Source: Paecilomyces variotii
Lineage: Eukaryota
DNA: 64,000 nt
Direction: 5' to 3' (one strand)
Assembly: GCA_004022145.1 (NCBI GenBank)
Contig: RCNU01000003.1
A program made the translations under genes and the position numbers. Positions 39,450 through 53,289 of this stretch are shown here, piece after piece. Each line of letters starts with the position of its first letter. Within the stretch, counting starts at the first letter, position 1. The notes below the pieces were generated by a model, which saw only the letters and a program-made list of their open reading frames with translations, was not told the origin of the DNA and did not search any database.

Positions 39450-42400
39450 TTATTATATATTAACCCTCTTATTAGCCTAGATCTTATAAGGAATAAATAG
39501 ATTATTAATAGGTTATATACTCCTCTAATATTAAATACTTAAAGCTATATTATTAATAAGGATACTATTATAGCATTTATTAATAATAATAATATATTCA
39601 TAGATATTCTACTTAATACTATTATTATTAGTAGACTATATATTAGCAATTATCTCTATATAATAGATATAGTTATTATTAAACTAATTAACCTTCTTAG
39701 CTAATTATTCTATTCTAATCTATATTATATCTTCTGAGTTAAATAGAGCTAAAGAATCAGGGAGATATTTAAGATCTCTTAATATAGTAAGATTCCTAAT
39801 TAATAGATTTTAAGCTAATAAAAATATCTTATCTAATATAAATACTATAATATGCAAATTAGGCATATATTAACTAAATATAGACTTAAGCCTTTCTTAT
39901 AGACTCTATATCTAGATATTTATTAAGCAAATATAGTTAAAGCTAATATCTATATTATATATAGAATTCTAATATATCTTTATTTTAATTTTATAGTTCA
40001 TATTAAGATATTTAAGACCAAGATCAATAGCTTTAAAATAAGCTGGCTTGCCTTACTAATTAATAAGACTTAACACTAGAATAGCATATTATAGCTCTAG
40101 ATTATTAATTAATAATAGATTCTATTAGTAATATAGTATTTTATTACTATAATTATATTGGGATGCGCTAAAGAAATAGATAATTAATAGGTTAACTAAG
40201 TAATAAAGAAGCCTAATATTACTATATTTAATAGCATGCCGGACAGTAAGAAATAACTTAATTTCCTGTAATAGCCAATACATTAAATAAAATCTAATAT
40301 CCTAGATAGGTTGTTTTATATAAGGATTAACCCCCTCCTATACTTTAAGTATAAATACTATAAGTTAAATATCTTTAACAAACTGTAGGTAATCTATAGT
40401 TGCTAAGATACTAATTACTTAATTATATTTTTGCTATTTTTTAAGATAGTTATCTATAATAGTTATAAGATACCTCCTATGCTGCATTAAATAATAGAAT
40501 AGCACTAATATTTAGGTTAAAAAGTTCTATAAAATAATTAATTCTAATTAATAATATTTTAGGCTCTTTAGATTCATTTAGCTACATCCCCATATAATAA
40601 TATCAGACTTAATACAGTAATATACTTCTTAACCAGATATTATAGGTATAAAATATATCTGTATTATTATATTTAATAGATTTAATTAGATATAGAACTA
40701 TATAGGAACTTTAAGAAGCTATTATCTTTAATTATAAGGCAACTTAATATATAATTACTTAATTTATATAGTTTAGATATACTCTACAATAAGTTAATTA
40801 TTATAGATAAGCTAGAGGCGTATATTAAAGTTATTAGGCTTTCTAGGCTCTTAAAAAGTATATAGGTATAACTATTAAAAAAAGATATTATTATGAATAC
40901 TATAAGTCCCAGTAATAGTTCTTTTATCTTTAAATATTACCCTAAATTGCCAGAATTACGTCCAGCTTAAAATAAAGTAATTTAATTCTAGTATAGAAAA
41001 TATCATAGATTTAAATAATTAAAATATTTTTTTAATAGAAGATAAATATATCTTTATAATTATATTTAATATAAGAAAGGTAGATATACACTTCTCTATA
41101 CTATTATTATCACCATATATTGCTAGGGATTTGATAATATTATAGAAATTAAGAAGAATAGCTAGATTATACATATTTTAAGATAGGCCTAATACTAAAA
41201 TATTAGGGTATATTATAATTGCAGCTATTATAACTATATATATTATAGCTTTATACCTAAGGATTTTATTATATATTATTTCTTTAAAATTTATATTATT
41301 ATAGATTATAATACTCTATAAATTCTTTCTTAAAATCGGCAGATATAATTATAATTAATATTAGTTACTGCCCTTAAATTATCTAAGAGTTTAAAAGTCT
41401 TAATAAAAGAACCTAAGAGTAAAAAAAAGTTTATAAAAATATAAAATTAATAGGATATAGAATATTATAATAGAAATTAAGCTATCTTTTTATAGTCTAT
41501 TATCTATTTTATTAAGTAATTCTCCTATATATAATTATAGTATAATTTAAGCCCCAATAAAGTATCTATAACTTAATACTTTATTCTTAAGCCTATTAAA
41601 TAGGCATTAAGTATTAAAAATAAATAGTTTAACTATTTTATATAGTAAGAATAATAAATTATATTAATAATAATAAACAGCTGCTGCTAAAGACCTTCTC
41701 TATTATACTAATTAATATAACTTATCTAATAGGCACAGTGATTTCTTATTATATTATAAAGAAAGGTATATAGCCTAGGTATAATATTTTAAATAATATT
41801 AAAGATAGTATTAAAGTTAATATCTTTTAGCAGAGTAATATAATTAAATTTGCTAAAATATAATTATTTAACTAGCTTATTAAGCTTTGCCTTAGCTATT
41901 AAAGCCAGGTTATAGTGATTAATAATCCTTAATATTCCTTTTAATATCTCTTGCCAGGCATAATATTATTATTTATAAGTATAATAGCAATAATGCTAGA
42001 TCTCTGAAAAATATATAATTTATATATATATAAGCTGTTTAAAGCTCTAATAAGATTTATATAGATATTTAATAAAGTTCTTAAGTCTCTATTAAGTCTA
42101 GAATATTAACTATCTATTTAAATTATCTATATTAAATATATTAAGATTATTATCCTTTAGCTTATTATAGCCCTCTCTAGACTTATTTATATTAATTTTA
42201 AAATTATTTAGCAAAATAATTTCTATAAAAGATAAGAATAAGCAATTTAAAAATATATTAAATAATAATAATTTAAGATATTACTCTTAAGATATTTCTA
42301 TATAAGATTAGGGCTTTATATTAGATATTAGTAAAGCAGGAGATTAAAATAAATTAATTAAGCCTATTTTTAACCTAAATAGATATAATTCAAGATATAA

Positions 42401-42450
42401 AATATTGTATTAAAGATTAATAATTAATTTATATAAGGTTAGTTAATTAT
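39450..42450 (-). pseudogene. RIP-destroyed Academ-type (DUF6589) transposase (copy 1)
   Basis: De-RIP translation gives YDNINF (~41285-41305), HGDQLTVERIR (~40775-40808), WLLGVPAWFHIQxN (~40683-40722), AVKHGDIGLL (GDIG at 40212-40223), FFGASQHNYGNEML, AILASGLVNWQGK..FKAIDLGLEHLN (~40002-40090). These are the DUF6589 blocks in the expected order. Ends approximate. Confidence 0.85.
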
Positions 42451-44306
42451 CCCTTATAAATTGCAATTAATTATTTTCAGACCCTTTATAAGATTTTTTA
42501 CTATATAGTCTGCTATTAGTCCAGGAGCTAGTAGGTATATTTTATATTATATTATTAGCTTAGTTGTTTAATTATTGTGCTAATACAGGCTATTGCAGCA
42601 AAAAGCCCACCCACAGGGGGGGCACCTCACTAGAGGGTCTGAGCTTGCTGAGATAATGCGCCATGTGCCTTTTCGAAACGCGTCGTCTAGAAAGATGTCA
42701 TCAAAAAAGCTCCATCTACGGTCTAGAGCGTCGCGGCCGCATGCCTAGGAGGATAACAGATATGTTATAGACAAGAAAATAATAATAATACTATCGGAGA
42801 ATCTATCGTTTTGACATGGTGAGGCGTCATTGTTTCCTCTTTACGAAGCAGGGATTCCTTTACGTGCCGTGCTCTTACATGCTCTGCTGTCGACTCCCCT
42901 ACCGCTTCCGTACCCCCGAAGCCGAGGGGATAGTTGACAGTAGAACCGAATCGCTCACCGCCAGACAGTATCGCCAACGATGCACTGGGAACAATAATAA
43001 TGGCCACATGGTCTTGTGCGCATAACCATGCTCATCATCGACCAGGGAGTCTTACGTGCGTCGAGATCTGGTTTCCTGCGACCAGCAGCAAAACTATCTA
43101 CTCCGTAATCATGTCAAGTACCGCTGCCACTACCGCGTGTAGTATGGAATAAACAGGCGACCGTTCAACCGTGAGCATACTTTAAGCTAATAACATAGAC
43201 AGTCGGATTAACCCAACGGTTCACTCCTTATATTTCAGAATACGAGATATATTGCGTCAATCGATGCGCTCATTTTTCTACGCCGATCCTTTCTCATGGT
43301 CTCCCACTTTTGACGGACATGGGTCCCTGATAAAACATCCTAGCATTACCATAGTTATCTTATACTTTCCTTACGTTCACGAACTCCAACAAGGACCCGA
43401 TCGAGATGCTCCGTGCTGAACAGTTCGAGCAGCTGAACATGGGCCCTGGACGCTGCGACACACGTCCACTTTAGATCCCATAATTACCCCGTCTCGCGCT
43501 TGCAAGTCATGCCCTCCGTAATAACATCGGATTATTCCTCATTATGGACAAGGTGCGGAACATCAACTGTCAACTGAGTTACGAGTTGGTGTGCGGAAAT
43601 CGCCCAGTTGGAACATGAGACAGTCGTTCCTCCAACGGCGTAGATATTCTGTGGGTCCTGGGTTTCGAGACGTCTCCTTCCCTTTGTGGTAACTATTGCT
43701 TGACTTTGGCAGTTTACGCTTTTTGGCTTTCTTCCCGACCGAAAGGAGACTGAGGAAAACAGGGCTGAGACTACTACGGGGGAGTTCATACTAATAGAGA
43801 ATGCTCGCGCGTTTCTCAACAGTTCGCGGCTACTAGTATCTTTTCCTCTTCACCAACAGGTCGCCGTTGTCTCGTCCGCCTCAAATCCAGTCTAGCAGTC
43901 TAACGGCCTTTAACCTTGTAAGTAAGCTCGATGAACCGGTGAGGCTCTTTCAAGTGTATATACGTTCACGTTATGTATGTATCCCTTACGCCTCCGAAAA
44001 GCGAGCATAAGACTCATAAACTCCAAGATGGAGCTTGATTGACAAGAACGGTGGATCCTACGTTCAACCAGGCCGTTTATGCTAGCCCGTAGACAGACAC
44101 CATGTGCATACCGGTTGGTTAGTTAGTTCAGTTGCGGCAACCATCATAGCCGCAACTTGCAAGAGATCCCTTGACGAGCGCTCAGTGTCTGTGCGTCATT
44201 AAGTTTTAGTTACTTTTTCTTACATCAACTGAGTCTCGTCACCTGCGATCACGTAGCATTTCGCCCAACCTCTCGAGTATTCTTTCTTTATCTCAAGAGG
44301 CTGGCA

Positions 44307-44414
44307 ATGAAGCTGACAATTGCCGATGTGGCTTTCAACCAGGTTCTTCAAGGATCTGACTTCTCTTCGGTTTTCCAGGTGACTGCGGAAGGAAAGTTAC
44401 ATGTTTTGAAGGTG
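44307..44414 (+). pseudogene. Orphan first exon resembling a Eurotiales kinase-like protein family
   Basis: ATG-initiated MKLTIADVAFNQVLQGSDFSSVFQVTAEGKLHVLKV followed directly by a GTATGT donor. Resembles a kinase-fold N-lobe ending in VxKV. No continuing exon recognised. Confidence 0.4.
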
Positions 44415-47400
44415 GTATGTTGTTAATTGATAGATCCAGTTTTCTGCTTCAAGATTGCATGGAAAAGGTTCTCTGGAGTGATTTTGATCCTGCACGGACG
44501 TTCCCGGAGAATTGTGCGATTTCTGAACGGAATTTGGAGTAAATAAGGAATGAAAAAGAGATAGTCGATGAGTTTCTTGATGCCTTAGTAAAGTTCCCAT
44601 CACATTGCCATTCACACCTATATATTGCTTTGCTATTCTAGCTGACGTTGGCCTGGACACAATATTGTAATAACGGCAAACTATTCCACGCCTGCCGCTA
44701 TTATTATGAAGGGGCCGGCTCTTCTGAGGATTAGGCTTTAACCACATACAAACGCAGTCACCTGTTCCGGGTACTTTCGTTACAAGTCTATCTATATGGA
44801 GTAGATAGAAAGAGTAATAATAGCCCACGGGGACCCAGAACTGAGACAACCGGTACTATCTATAAGTAACCGAGTAAGTCTCACGGCATTATTATTGTAT
44901 AGAAATGATATTCTTCCAGAAATAATAATAGTATACGAGATGGCAACCCATGTTTTCTAGCGTGAACATTGTGCTTCTGGCGGGGGCGTTTCAAGACCTT
45001 TTCAATAATAACAATAATAATATCTCGTAGATTCTTCATTAATAATTCCTTCTTGTAACTACATAACTTGAACTCACCTTACAAATTGGAACGTTCGAGA
45101 TCTTGTCTACTAAGCGCGGTGTGCGCATTGACATACTCTCGAAATCGAAACCTCGGATCACCGTACGAGGGTGTGCCGGACATGCCGTAGCGATGTACTG
45201 CGTAAACTCCTCCGACCACATGGATGCCAGCCCTGTTAGCTAGGTAGTGACTTCATTTAATTCGGTTTATTGCATTCGTAGTAGTGAAAGCAACATGAGA
45301 CTTTCTGTCAAGATTGGGGGATAGGGGTGGTTCTTGCAATACAATAATAAGACCGTTTGGAAACCGCCCTTCGAGGTCGGGAATAGGCTTCCCCATACGG
45401 AACAATTGATGGGCCTCTCAGCATCAACTGGCAGGGATTCGATTGAAACGGGCGCGGACATAGATAGTAGTGGTAGTATCTCGATAGTTACATACAGGTT
45501 TCGGGGGAACACGGAGTAATCACGGCCTAATGAATAGGGATCGTCCATCACGGAATGGATCCGGCTACAGGAAGAACGACAACCAAGATCAACAGAAAGC
45601 AATGTAATTGTGCATCCATGATTGGATCACTGTGCTACATTGCTGGGGCTTGATCAGAATAGAAGATATCTACCTGAGTTTTCTGTTGAACTGGATCTTT
45701 CATCGGCAAACGGTTTCTCCAAGCCCCGTGTTCGGTGGCGAGTCGCAGGTCACGGGAACACGCGCTGTGGAGTCTTTGTCAGGTGCTAGTGCACGCCACA
45801 TTGTGGCGATGGCAGACCACATGACTGCTTCCCCTTTATCCTCAAGATGGGAGAAACAGGCGAATACCTACCTAGGTAGTACGTATTACCAACCTGCAAG
45901 CGGGGGTTTGTTTCAGCGGTTATAACCGTTATACGCTGGAATCATGAGGCCCTCGATCTGCGCGATTTATTATGTACGGTCCTGAGTAAAAAGACCTCTT
46001 GTGCCATCGTTGCTCAGTCACACTGTCACAGGCACCAGGGGAACGGAAAATCTCCGCAACGTTCCCCGGGTCCTGCTGAAGTCCCGGAAGCATCCTATTC
46101 AGAATGCGGGGAAGCTCAGGAGAGCTCGTCATGATCAGAGTCTCACTCCTCTTCCCCTCATGACATCGACATCATGAAAGCCTGCCCTAGGTTAGGTAAT
46201 TGCTTTGGGCCGTCGGTTCAGTGCATGATGGGAAACGACGGATCTGGTCCAGAGAGCAAGATGGTGATTGACAAATCCTCTCTATGCCGAGGATCATTGG
46301 TATGGAATTCAATTTATGGTACAGGTTCCGCCACCTACCCTTTCAGGCTTATACATTCTCTAACCCCTCCATTCAGCCAGACTTCGGATATGAGTAGGTG
46401 ACCGACGAGACCTGGGGTGACTTTCGAACGAGAAGCTTCAGTATCGTGTATCGAAAGCGTCCATAATACCAATACGCGGTTTTATTCATTACAACGAAGT
46501 GAATTAAATGGCCGAAAATAGCCCGCATGCCATTCATTGATCCGTCGAATCTCGAAAGGTACGGAGTAGACCTATCGGTTTTACTAGGCAAGCCACAGTT
46601 CGTCTTGCTAACCAACTCGCGCTAGGAGACAACTATGCGGCGATAGGGTACCATTCTGACGGACACATCTGCACCAGATCTCCAGATCATCAATTCATAG
46701 CTAGGGGATTTTCCAAAGAGATCCATGAACCAGCCTGATCTTTCTCTCGTATCACGCAGATGGCCTTTTTAGGAAACAGTGGCGTCCCAATTTGTCAATG
46801 TACCTCGGCAAGTCAGTGTCAATGACCGTTGTGGAAATGAAAGAGCAGCAAACACTGATAGACAGGTACCGGATCATCTGCTCATTATTGATCTCGTTTT
46901 GTTATGCATCAGGTACCAGGGGCCTCTGGAGATCGTCGTTAAGGGGGTTTCATTCCTGATAAGAAAGACATGTCAACGAGAAATCCTGAGCCAGTCATGA
47001 ACCTCACAGGCTCAGATTCTTAAATACATCAGACACACAACCTTCCAGTCAGGATCCCGGGACTGGTCGCCGAAATTTCAAGGTTCGACCTCTAATTTTG
47101 AGTCGGGGAATATGATCGGGCATTATGTTGTGGTATGATCTGTCACATCCTCATTCCCGTGCCGGCCGCCACCCCTTTCGCGATTGCTCACCCATCCCGC
47201 AACCCAGGATTCCGGGTCCTTGATTTCGCTGCAGAAGCCATCTATCAACCCACGGGCTCTAATAGAAACCTGGCAGCGATCGATCTTCCTGCGCCTCCAG
47301 GCAAGGGGACGATACTGCTGGGCCGCGGAGATCGGGTGATTGACCCGCCGGATGGCGCTCCCGCCCTAGGCTGGTGATAGTCTCAACATCAGACTGATAT

Positions 47401-49679
47401 TCCGGTTATTTAGATTCTTTACCCCCTTGAGTCTTTTGTCACGCTTATCTTGAACCTGAAGTCGGTGGCTATCGCAACATTATTGAGGAGACAGTAGGTG
47501 GCTAGTTGGACAACCGCGAGTCCGGAGTATGCCACTCCAACGCAACACAGCGTCCGACCTCAACACAAAACACGCGTCTCGAACTCCGAATATGTCCCCG
47601 CAAAGACAGCAAAACTTGTAATGGTTATTCCTGATCTAATTCCCGTAGACTCATCGAGACCATCAATTATCAAAGATAGAAGTCCTTCCCAGTTGACCGG
47701 TAAGCTTATCCACATGGGGATCGGGAACAACCGCAGGGCACGGACCGTCAGATACTCCTGACAGGCTCCGCCGCAATATCAATGAGTTATTCCAAATAAT
47801 GTTAGCAGTAGGCGTAGTACCCTAACCAGGGTCCAGGACCACATTCTTTCTCTCAAGTTCCTGACTAGGTAGTGTTGGACATGTGAACTGGCACCACGTT
47901 GTTATAGAACATGTCCATGTCCCACTCTGCTGGGGTATGTCCGACCCAGCCACTTTGAGGCAGATTAATGAGTTGCTAACTACTCCGTACTTCCCAAGCT
48001 ACTACGTCTTGGGAGCTGTATACTACAAACAGGAAGGGGTTTGAATTAGAATTGATTACGAATCGAAACGTTCGTCACGGTCACAGATCTCTCCAGACAG
48101 AATCTATACGCGTCATCTATGTTTTCTTCGTCACCATTTAACTCGTACTATCTGTGGCGCGGGTTCGGTGTACAAATGTACGTATGTACATACATGTACC
48201 ATCCGCTGCAAGCACGTTGCGGTCAGCTGGATCGGCTCGTCTCGCACAATGGCGCCAGCCACATGGCAGTCGCCCGATCCTGCCAGTGTCAACATGATCC
48301 TTTGCATTTTTCGCTTCTACTACAGTAGGATCCGTGTGGTTTCACGGACTAGTCGCATCTGATGTACAGTAGAATGAGCTCCATGATACCTCGGTCCTGT
48401 AAAATATCACTATTGCACGGTCGGAGAATAGCATAAATGTCAAGGATTTAACTACTTGTCACTGTTTTCCGGTCCGGGTAAGTACCTATGTATAGACAAT
48501 ACGCACGTACAGAACAACGTAGTAGTTAGACCCAAGTGTCATTGTTACCTAACTACAAGACCGAACTATTCCGCAGCCCTTCTTTTAGATTAGTTAAGTA
48601 TCATCATTAATTTATTATCATTTGAGCAGGTTAAAGCAATTAAAAATACCCATGCTCAGATAACCGCCCCCATTTTTCTCAAGTCACGCTCTCTCCCTCC
48701 TGCGCCGCAAAGTTCCTAGGCCCCATCTAGCAGTCAGTGGTCAAGACGACCTTCCTGTTTCAGTCACTACATAACCACACTCAATTTCGAGATCCTAGGC
48801 GCTCAGATATTTCTCGTTTTGAGCTCTCGGCACAACCGACAGGGGTAGATACTTAACTGCTGTTCGGTTACTCTCCCGAGAACACTGTCACCCGCCAGGT
48901 TTGTGCGTCCAATGGCTTTAAAAATGTGCGCGGGAAGAGATGTAACGCATCGATAGTGTCCGTGTCCGTGTCTGTGTATATGTGCTGTCCTATCTACGAT
49001 ACGATGTATCATTGTATTGCTGTTATTGTAGGGATTGCCTTGCTCTAGGTATTCTTGTAATAACTAGATAGTTATCTCAGCAAGCTCAGATGCTTGCTAA
49101 AGGTTTAGTGCTTTAACTATATTATTTAGGAATTAGTGCAAACTAGCTTAGTATACTGAGCCAATAATATTTAAGCAGCTATGCTAAACCTAATATAGTA
49201 ATTGTAAAAAAATTCTTTAGCAAGTATCTAAGAATAAATAGTTGTAATTTATTAATAAAACTTATTAATTTTACCCCCTTTAAATAGTATTATTAAACTT
49301 TAATAATAAATAATTCTACTAATTATTAACTAATTTAATTAGAGTTAAATATTATAGATTTAGCTAGTAATTATCTATTGATTTATATATATATTAAGAT
49401 ATTAAGATAATTTGCTAATATTAAGTTATTATATTAAAATATCTAGATTAAATTTTATAAAAGTTTATTATTAACCTCTAGGCTATTTTAGAGACTTAAT
49501 ATTACTTAAATATATTATTTAACCTTATATCTAAACTTTCGCAAACTCCTAAACTAATAGATAAGATTATTTTAAATCTTTATAAACTCTTAGGCTATAT
49601 AATAAGAAAAAAAAAATAAAGAAAAAAGATAAATAAAGTTAATAGCATAAATTTTATAAAAATATATAATCTTAAATAG

Positions 49680-52580
49680 CAGTAAGGGATTCCTTTATTT
49701 TAGTATTAGCTAAGATACCTAAGATAGAGCTTAATAACTTATTATTAGTAATAAAGGTTTTTATTAAAGAGGATAATATCCCTTAATAGTATTATATAAT
49801 TAAAGCTTGCCTAAAGCATATATTTAAAGAGATAAATCTAATATTTAGGCATTCTCTATATCTAAAATAGATTTAAACGCTTTATTAACTAATATATAGC
49901 TATAATAATTAGAGTGGTTATATAGGCGGTTCGGTTCGGTTCAGGGGGGAGGTTAAACCGCCCGTAGCGGTTTTCGGTTCGGGGCAGATAAACCGTACCT
50001 GAACTGAACCGTATACTGGTGGTTCGGTTTAAAACCAAAAAAACCGGATCGGCATAATTAGTTACTAACCTAAGTTAGATCTAGTTATATAACTATGTTC
50101 TAGCTATATTAGGATAAATAAGCGAAAATTACAATACCGTAATTTACCAATTTCTAATATATTTTTATTATATATACTAAATACTATAGTAATTTTATAC
50201 CTCCGATATAAGTATTGATAAATTATATAGTATAATTTAAATACGAGGTTAAAATTACGGTTCAAATAGTTTAAACTAAAAACCACTGGTTCAGTTTGGT
50301 TTTGGTAGACTCGCACTGCAGTTTACTAGAAAGCGAACCAAACCGAACTATAGGCGGTTCGGTTCAGTTCGGTTCGGTTTTTTCGGTTTACTGTAACCAC
50401 TCTAATAATAATATTCTTCTTATTGCGCAAATAGGATTTAGAAAGAATTTTATTTTTTATTTTTTCTTAATCTTAATAAGGAAGATAACTCTTTAAATAA
50501 CCCCCCTAAATAAGCTTATTAAGGAGTAAATATAAGATATTAAAAGGCTTTATAGGATAAACCTATATATTATTAATAATAAGACTAAATAATAGGATTA
50601 AGATCTTATTTAAAACATTAAAGCTAGTATATATATATATATACTTCTAAGCCTTGAATAAGCTGTGTTAAAGGTCTTTCTAAATATATTATTAAGGCTA
50701 GAGATATAAGCTAGGATTAGTTTTATAGTAATTAATAAATGCTATCTTATTATATAATAAGAGATATTCTAATTTAAATTTACTATATTAGGTAAATTAC
50801 AGTTATTTTTAAGATAGGATATTATTTAGTTTAGCTGTTTTGCAATACTTATTAAAGATAGAAAGAAAGTAATTATTTAAAGAGCTAGCTTTAGAGCTAT
50901 TAGAGATTAATCCTATTAAATAAAAGTTATTTAGACCTTTATTAATTAGAAAGATATATTTATTTATATCCTACTTATTCTATATAAGAAGTTATCTTTT
51001 TTTAAGATATTATACTTTCTTTTAAATAATACTGTTAAAGATAATAAAGTAATACCTAAATAAATACTAAAAACAATTATTTTTATAGATAATATTTAGA
51101 AGATTAAAATAGTAATAAAATATCTTTATTAAATACTTTTAATAAAAACTGCGCTATTATTATCTAACTATTAGTATTTAAGGATAAAAGATAGCCCTTA
51201 TTTAGTTAATTTGGTGATCTAGACCTTTACTTTATATATTTTATCTTATAACCAGGGGATTTATTTTAATGAATTTAAATCTGTTTTATTAAAAATATAT
51301 ATTATAATAGCGATAACCGCCCTTAGAATAAGAATTAATATACCTAATATTAAGTATATTATCAATTAAAAATTCCTAATTAGTTTAGATATTTATAATA
51401 TCTAATAATAAATAGGATATAATAGCTATAGAGAGGATTAAATAAATAAAAATTATATTATACTTCTATATTAAGTATTTAACTTAAAGAATATAAATAG
51501 ATTTAAAAAGCAGATATTATCTCTTATAACTGCTTAAACTTTAAAGCTATAGTCTTAATATATTTAATTAACTAAGTTAATTATATTAGAAGATATTAGT
51601 AATATTAAAAGTATCTTATTATTAGTTTTTATAAAAAGCCAGGATTCTATATCTAAAAAGAGATATTAAAACTAAAAAGAGATAAAAGCTTAATTTAAAC
51701 TTCCTAATTATTAGAAATAAATTATTAATAGGCCTTATTATTAGAAAATATTTCTATTTTATCTAGGCGAAAATAGGATATTCCTATATATTAAAATATC
51801 GCCCTTATTAGCATAGGATTATTATAGTAAATATAATTTATTATAGATTTTAATATCTACTATACTTTTAGAGAAGGAGAAATTTATAAAAAAACTATAT
51901 AATAGAAGTTATATAGGCATTATACTAGAGTTATTTAATTAATAGGCCATTTTATAGGCAGAGTTAATATATACTTACCTAAATTAATATTTCCCTATAA
52001 TATCTATTATTTTTATAAGCTAGGACTGTTAATAATAATTATTAGTCTTATATAGCTTAAAAAAGATAATCTTTAATACAGAGTTTAATAAGCTTATTAT
52101 ATAAGCTTTATTAGTTAAAAAATAGCAATTTAAGGAATAGTATAATAATAATTTAATCTAGTAGTTATAATATATAGTTTGGGAAGTTAATAATCTATAT
52201 ATAATAAGGAGATTAACTTAGACTTAGAACTAGAACTAGCAATATAAAGATATTTATTAGTCAGATATCTCTCTTAATATAAGAGAAGGATATGCTGAAT
52301 TTATTTAATAAAAAGATAATTTTTTTATTATATAATTAATAAGATAAACTATAGCTAGAAAATTATAAGTAAAATATTTAATCCCCTGCTTACTAATTTA
52401 AATATTAATAATACTATTATAAGAGATATCTCTAGAGCTATATAGACTAGATAGATTAGATAACTTATTAAATAGGTTAACTAAAGGAATAGCTAATATA
52501 TAGATTAAACTATTATCTTTTTTAAGGATTCTTTTTTAGAAGAGGCAGATTAATCAGATATTAGAAATTCTAATTAAGTA
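49680..52580 (+). pseudogene. RIP-destroyed RecQ-like helicase (copy 2), split by the MITE just before motif I
   Basis: ATT CTT CTT ATT GCG CAA ATA GGA TTT AGA AAG at 50413-50445 (LLIAQTGFGK). DECH relic at 50734-50745. Colinear with copy 1; ends approximate. Confidence 0.8.
49910..50404. mobile_element. 495-bp non-autonomous hAT-type element (MITE) nested in copy 2
   Basis: Absent at the homologous site in copy 1 (35224-35231). TIR TAGAGTGGTTA...TAACCACTCTA; 8-bp TSD ATAATAAT at 49902-49909 and 50405-50412; subterminal (CGGTT)n/(AACCG)n arrays at both ends; no coding capacity. Confidence 0.85.
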
Positions 52581-53289
52581 ATAATCTTTATAGGAGCAGA
52601 GTCTTAATAAAAGGCTTATATAGATACTTATAATAAAAAATAAAAAGATTAAGATTCTAATAATAATTAGGAGAGAGAACTTTTTAATATTAGAAGAATA
52701 ATAATATAGATATTAGGATAGAGAGTCTTATTAGGATATATCTAAACTTATACTAGCTTTTAGATTATTTTAAAGACTTTTAAATTTAGATTATCTTAAA
52801 AATTGCTAGATTATCTTAAGAACTGCTAAATTATCTTTAGCTAATAAAAATATATATTTATATAATATAATATAATAGATTTATTAAATATTAGCTTTAT
52901 TTAAATAGAAATAAATATGCCTATATAATTTTAATCCCTTTTCTTTTTCTCTAAAATAATAAACTTTAAGATAGTTTATTTTCTTATAATCTGGGTGCTT
53001 AGCTATCTTATTATAGTCTCTTTTAATAAAAAAGATATACTAGCTGCTATTATAGTAATTCTAAAAAGAGCTCTCTAATTTAAAATAAAGCCTCATTCTC
53101 TCCTATATAAATATACTAGCTCTAGATATTATTAAATAAGATTGATATATTTAATATTTAGCCCTTCTTCCCCGCCTTATTTTTATTAGTTAGTTAAAAT
53201 AATAGCAGATTAGCAGAGTTAGAATAAGATAACTAAATATATAATTTAGTCCTTTTCTATCTCTAAGTCTATTATTGCTTATTCTCTTA

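Larger units (their letters stand above)
34393..42656. mobile_element. AcademH-like TIR DNA transposon, copy 1 (8264 bp), inactivated by RIP
   Basis: Left end TTATCTCAACAAGCTCAGAC, right end GTCTGAGCTTGCTGAGATAA (20 bp TIR, one G>A mismatch). Flanking direct repeat TGCGCCAT at 34385-34392 and 42657-42664. Interior is extremely AT/TpA-rich and colinear with 49072-57843. Relic RecQ helicase and DUF6589 motifs. Confidence 0.9.

Noticed and set aside
44288-44302. TTATCTCAAGAGGCT, 13/15 match to the copy-1 left TIR
   Set aside because: No partner TIR, TSD or further homology; treated as chance.
47041-47110. GGTTCGA T-loop-like motif with a nearby hairpin (also GGTTCGAAT near 24016)
   Set aside because: Could not build a cloverleaf with acceptor and T stems; not called tRNA.
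49921-50400. CGGTT arrays as a CRISPR-like or telomeric repeat
   Set aside because: Eukaryotic context, no repeat-spacer structure, not TTAGGG; explained as MITE subterminal repeats.
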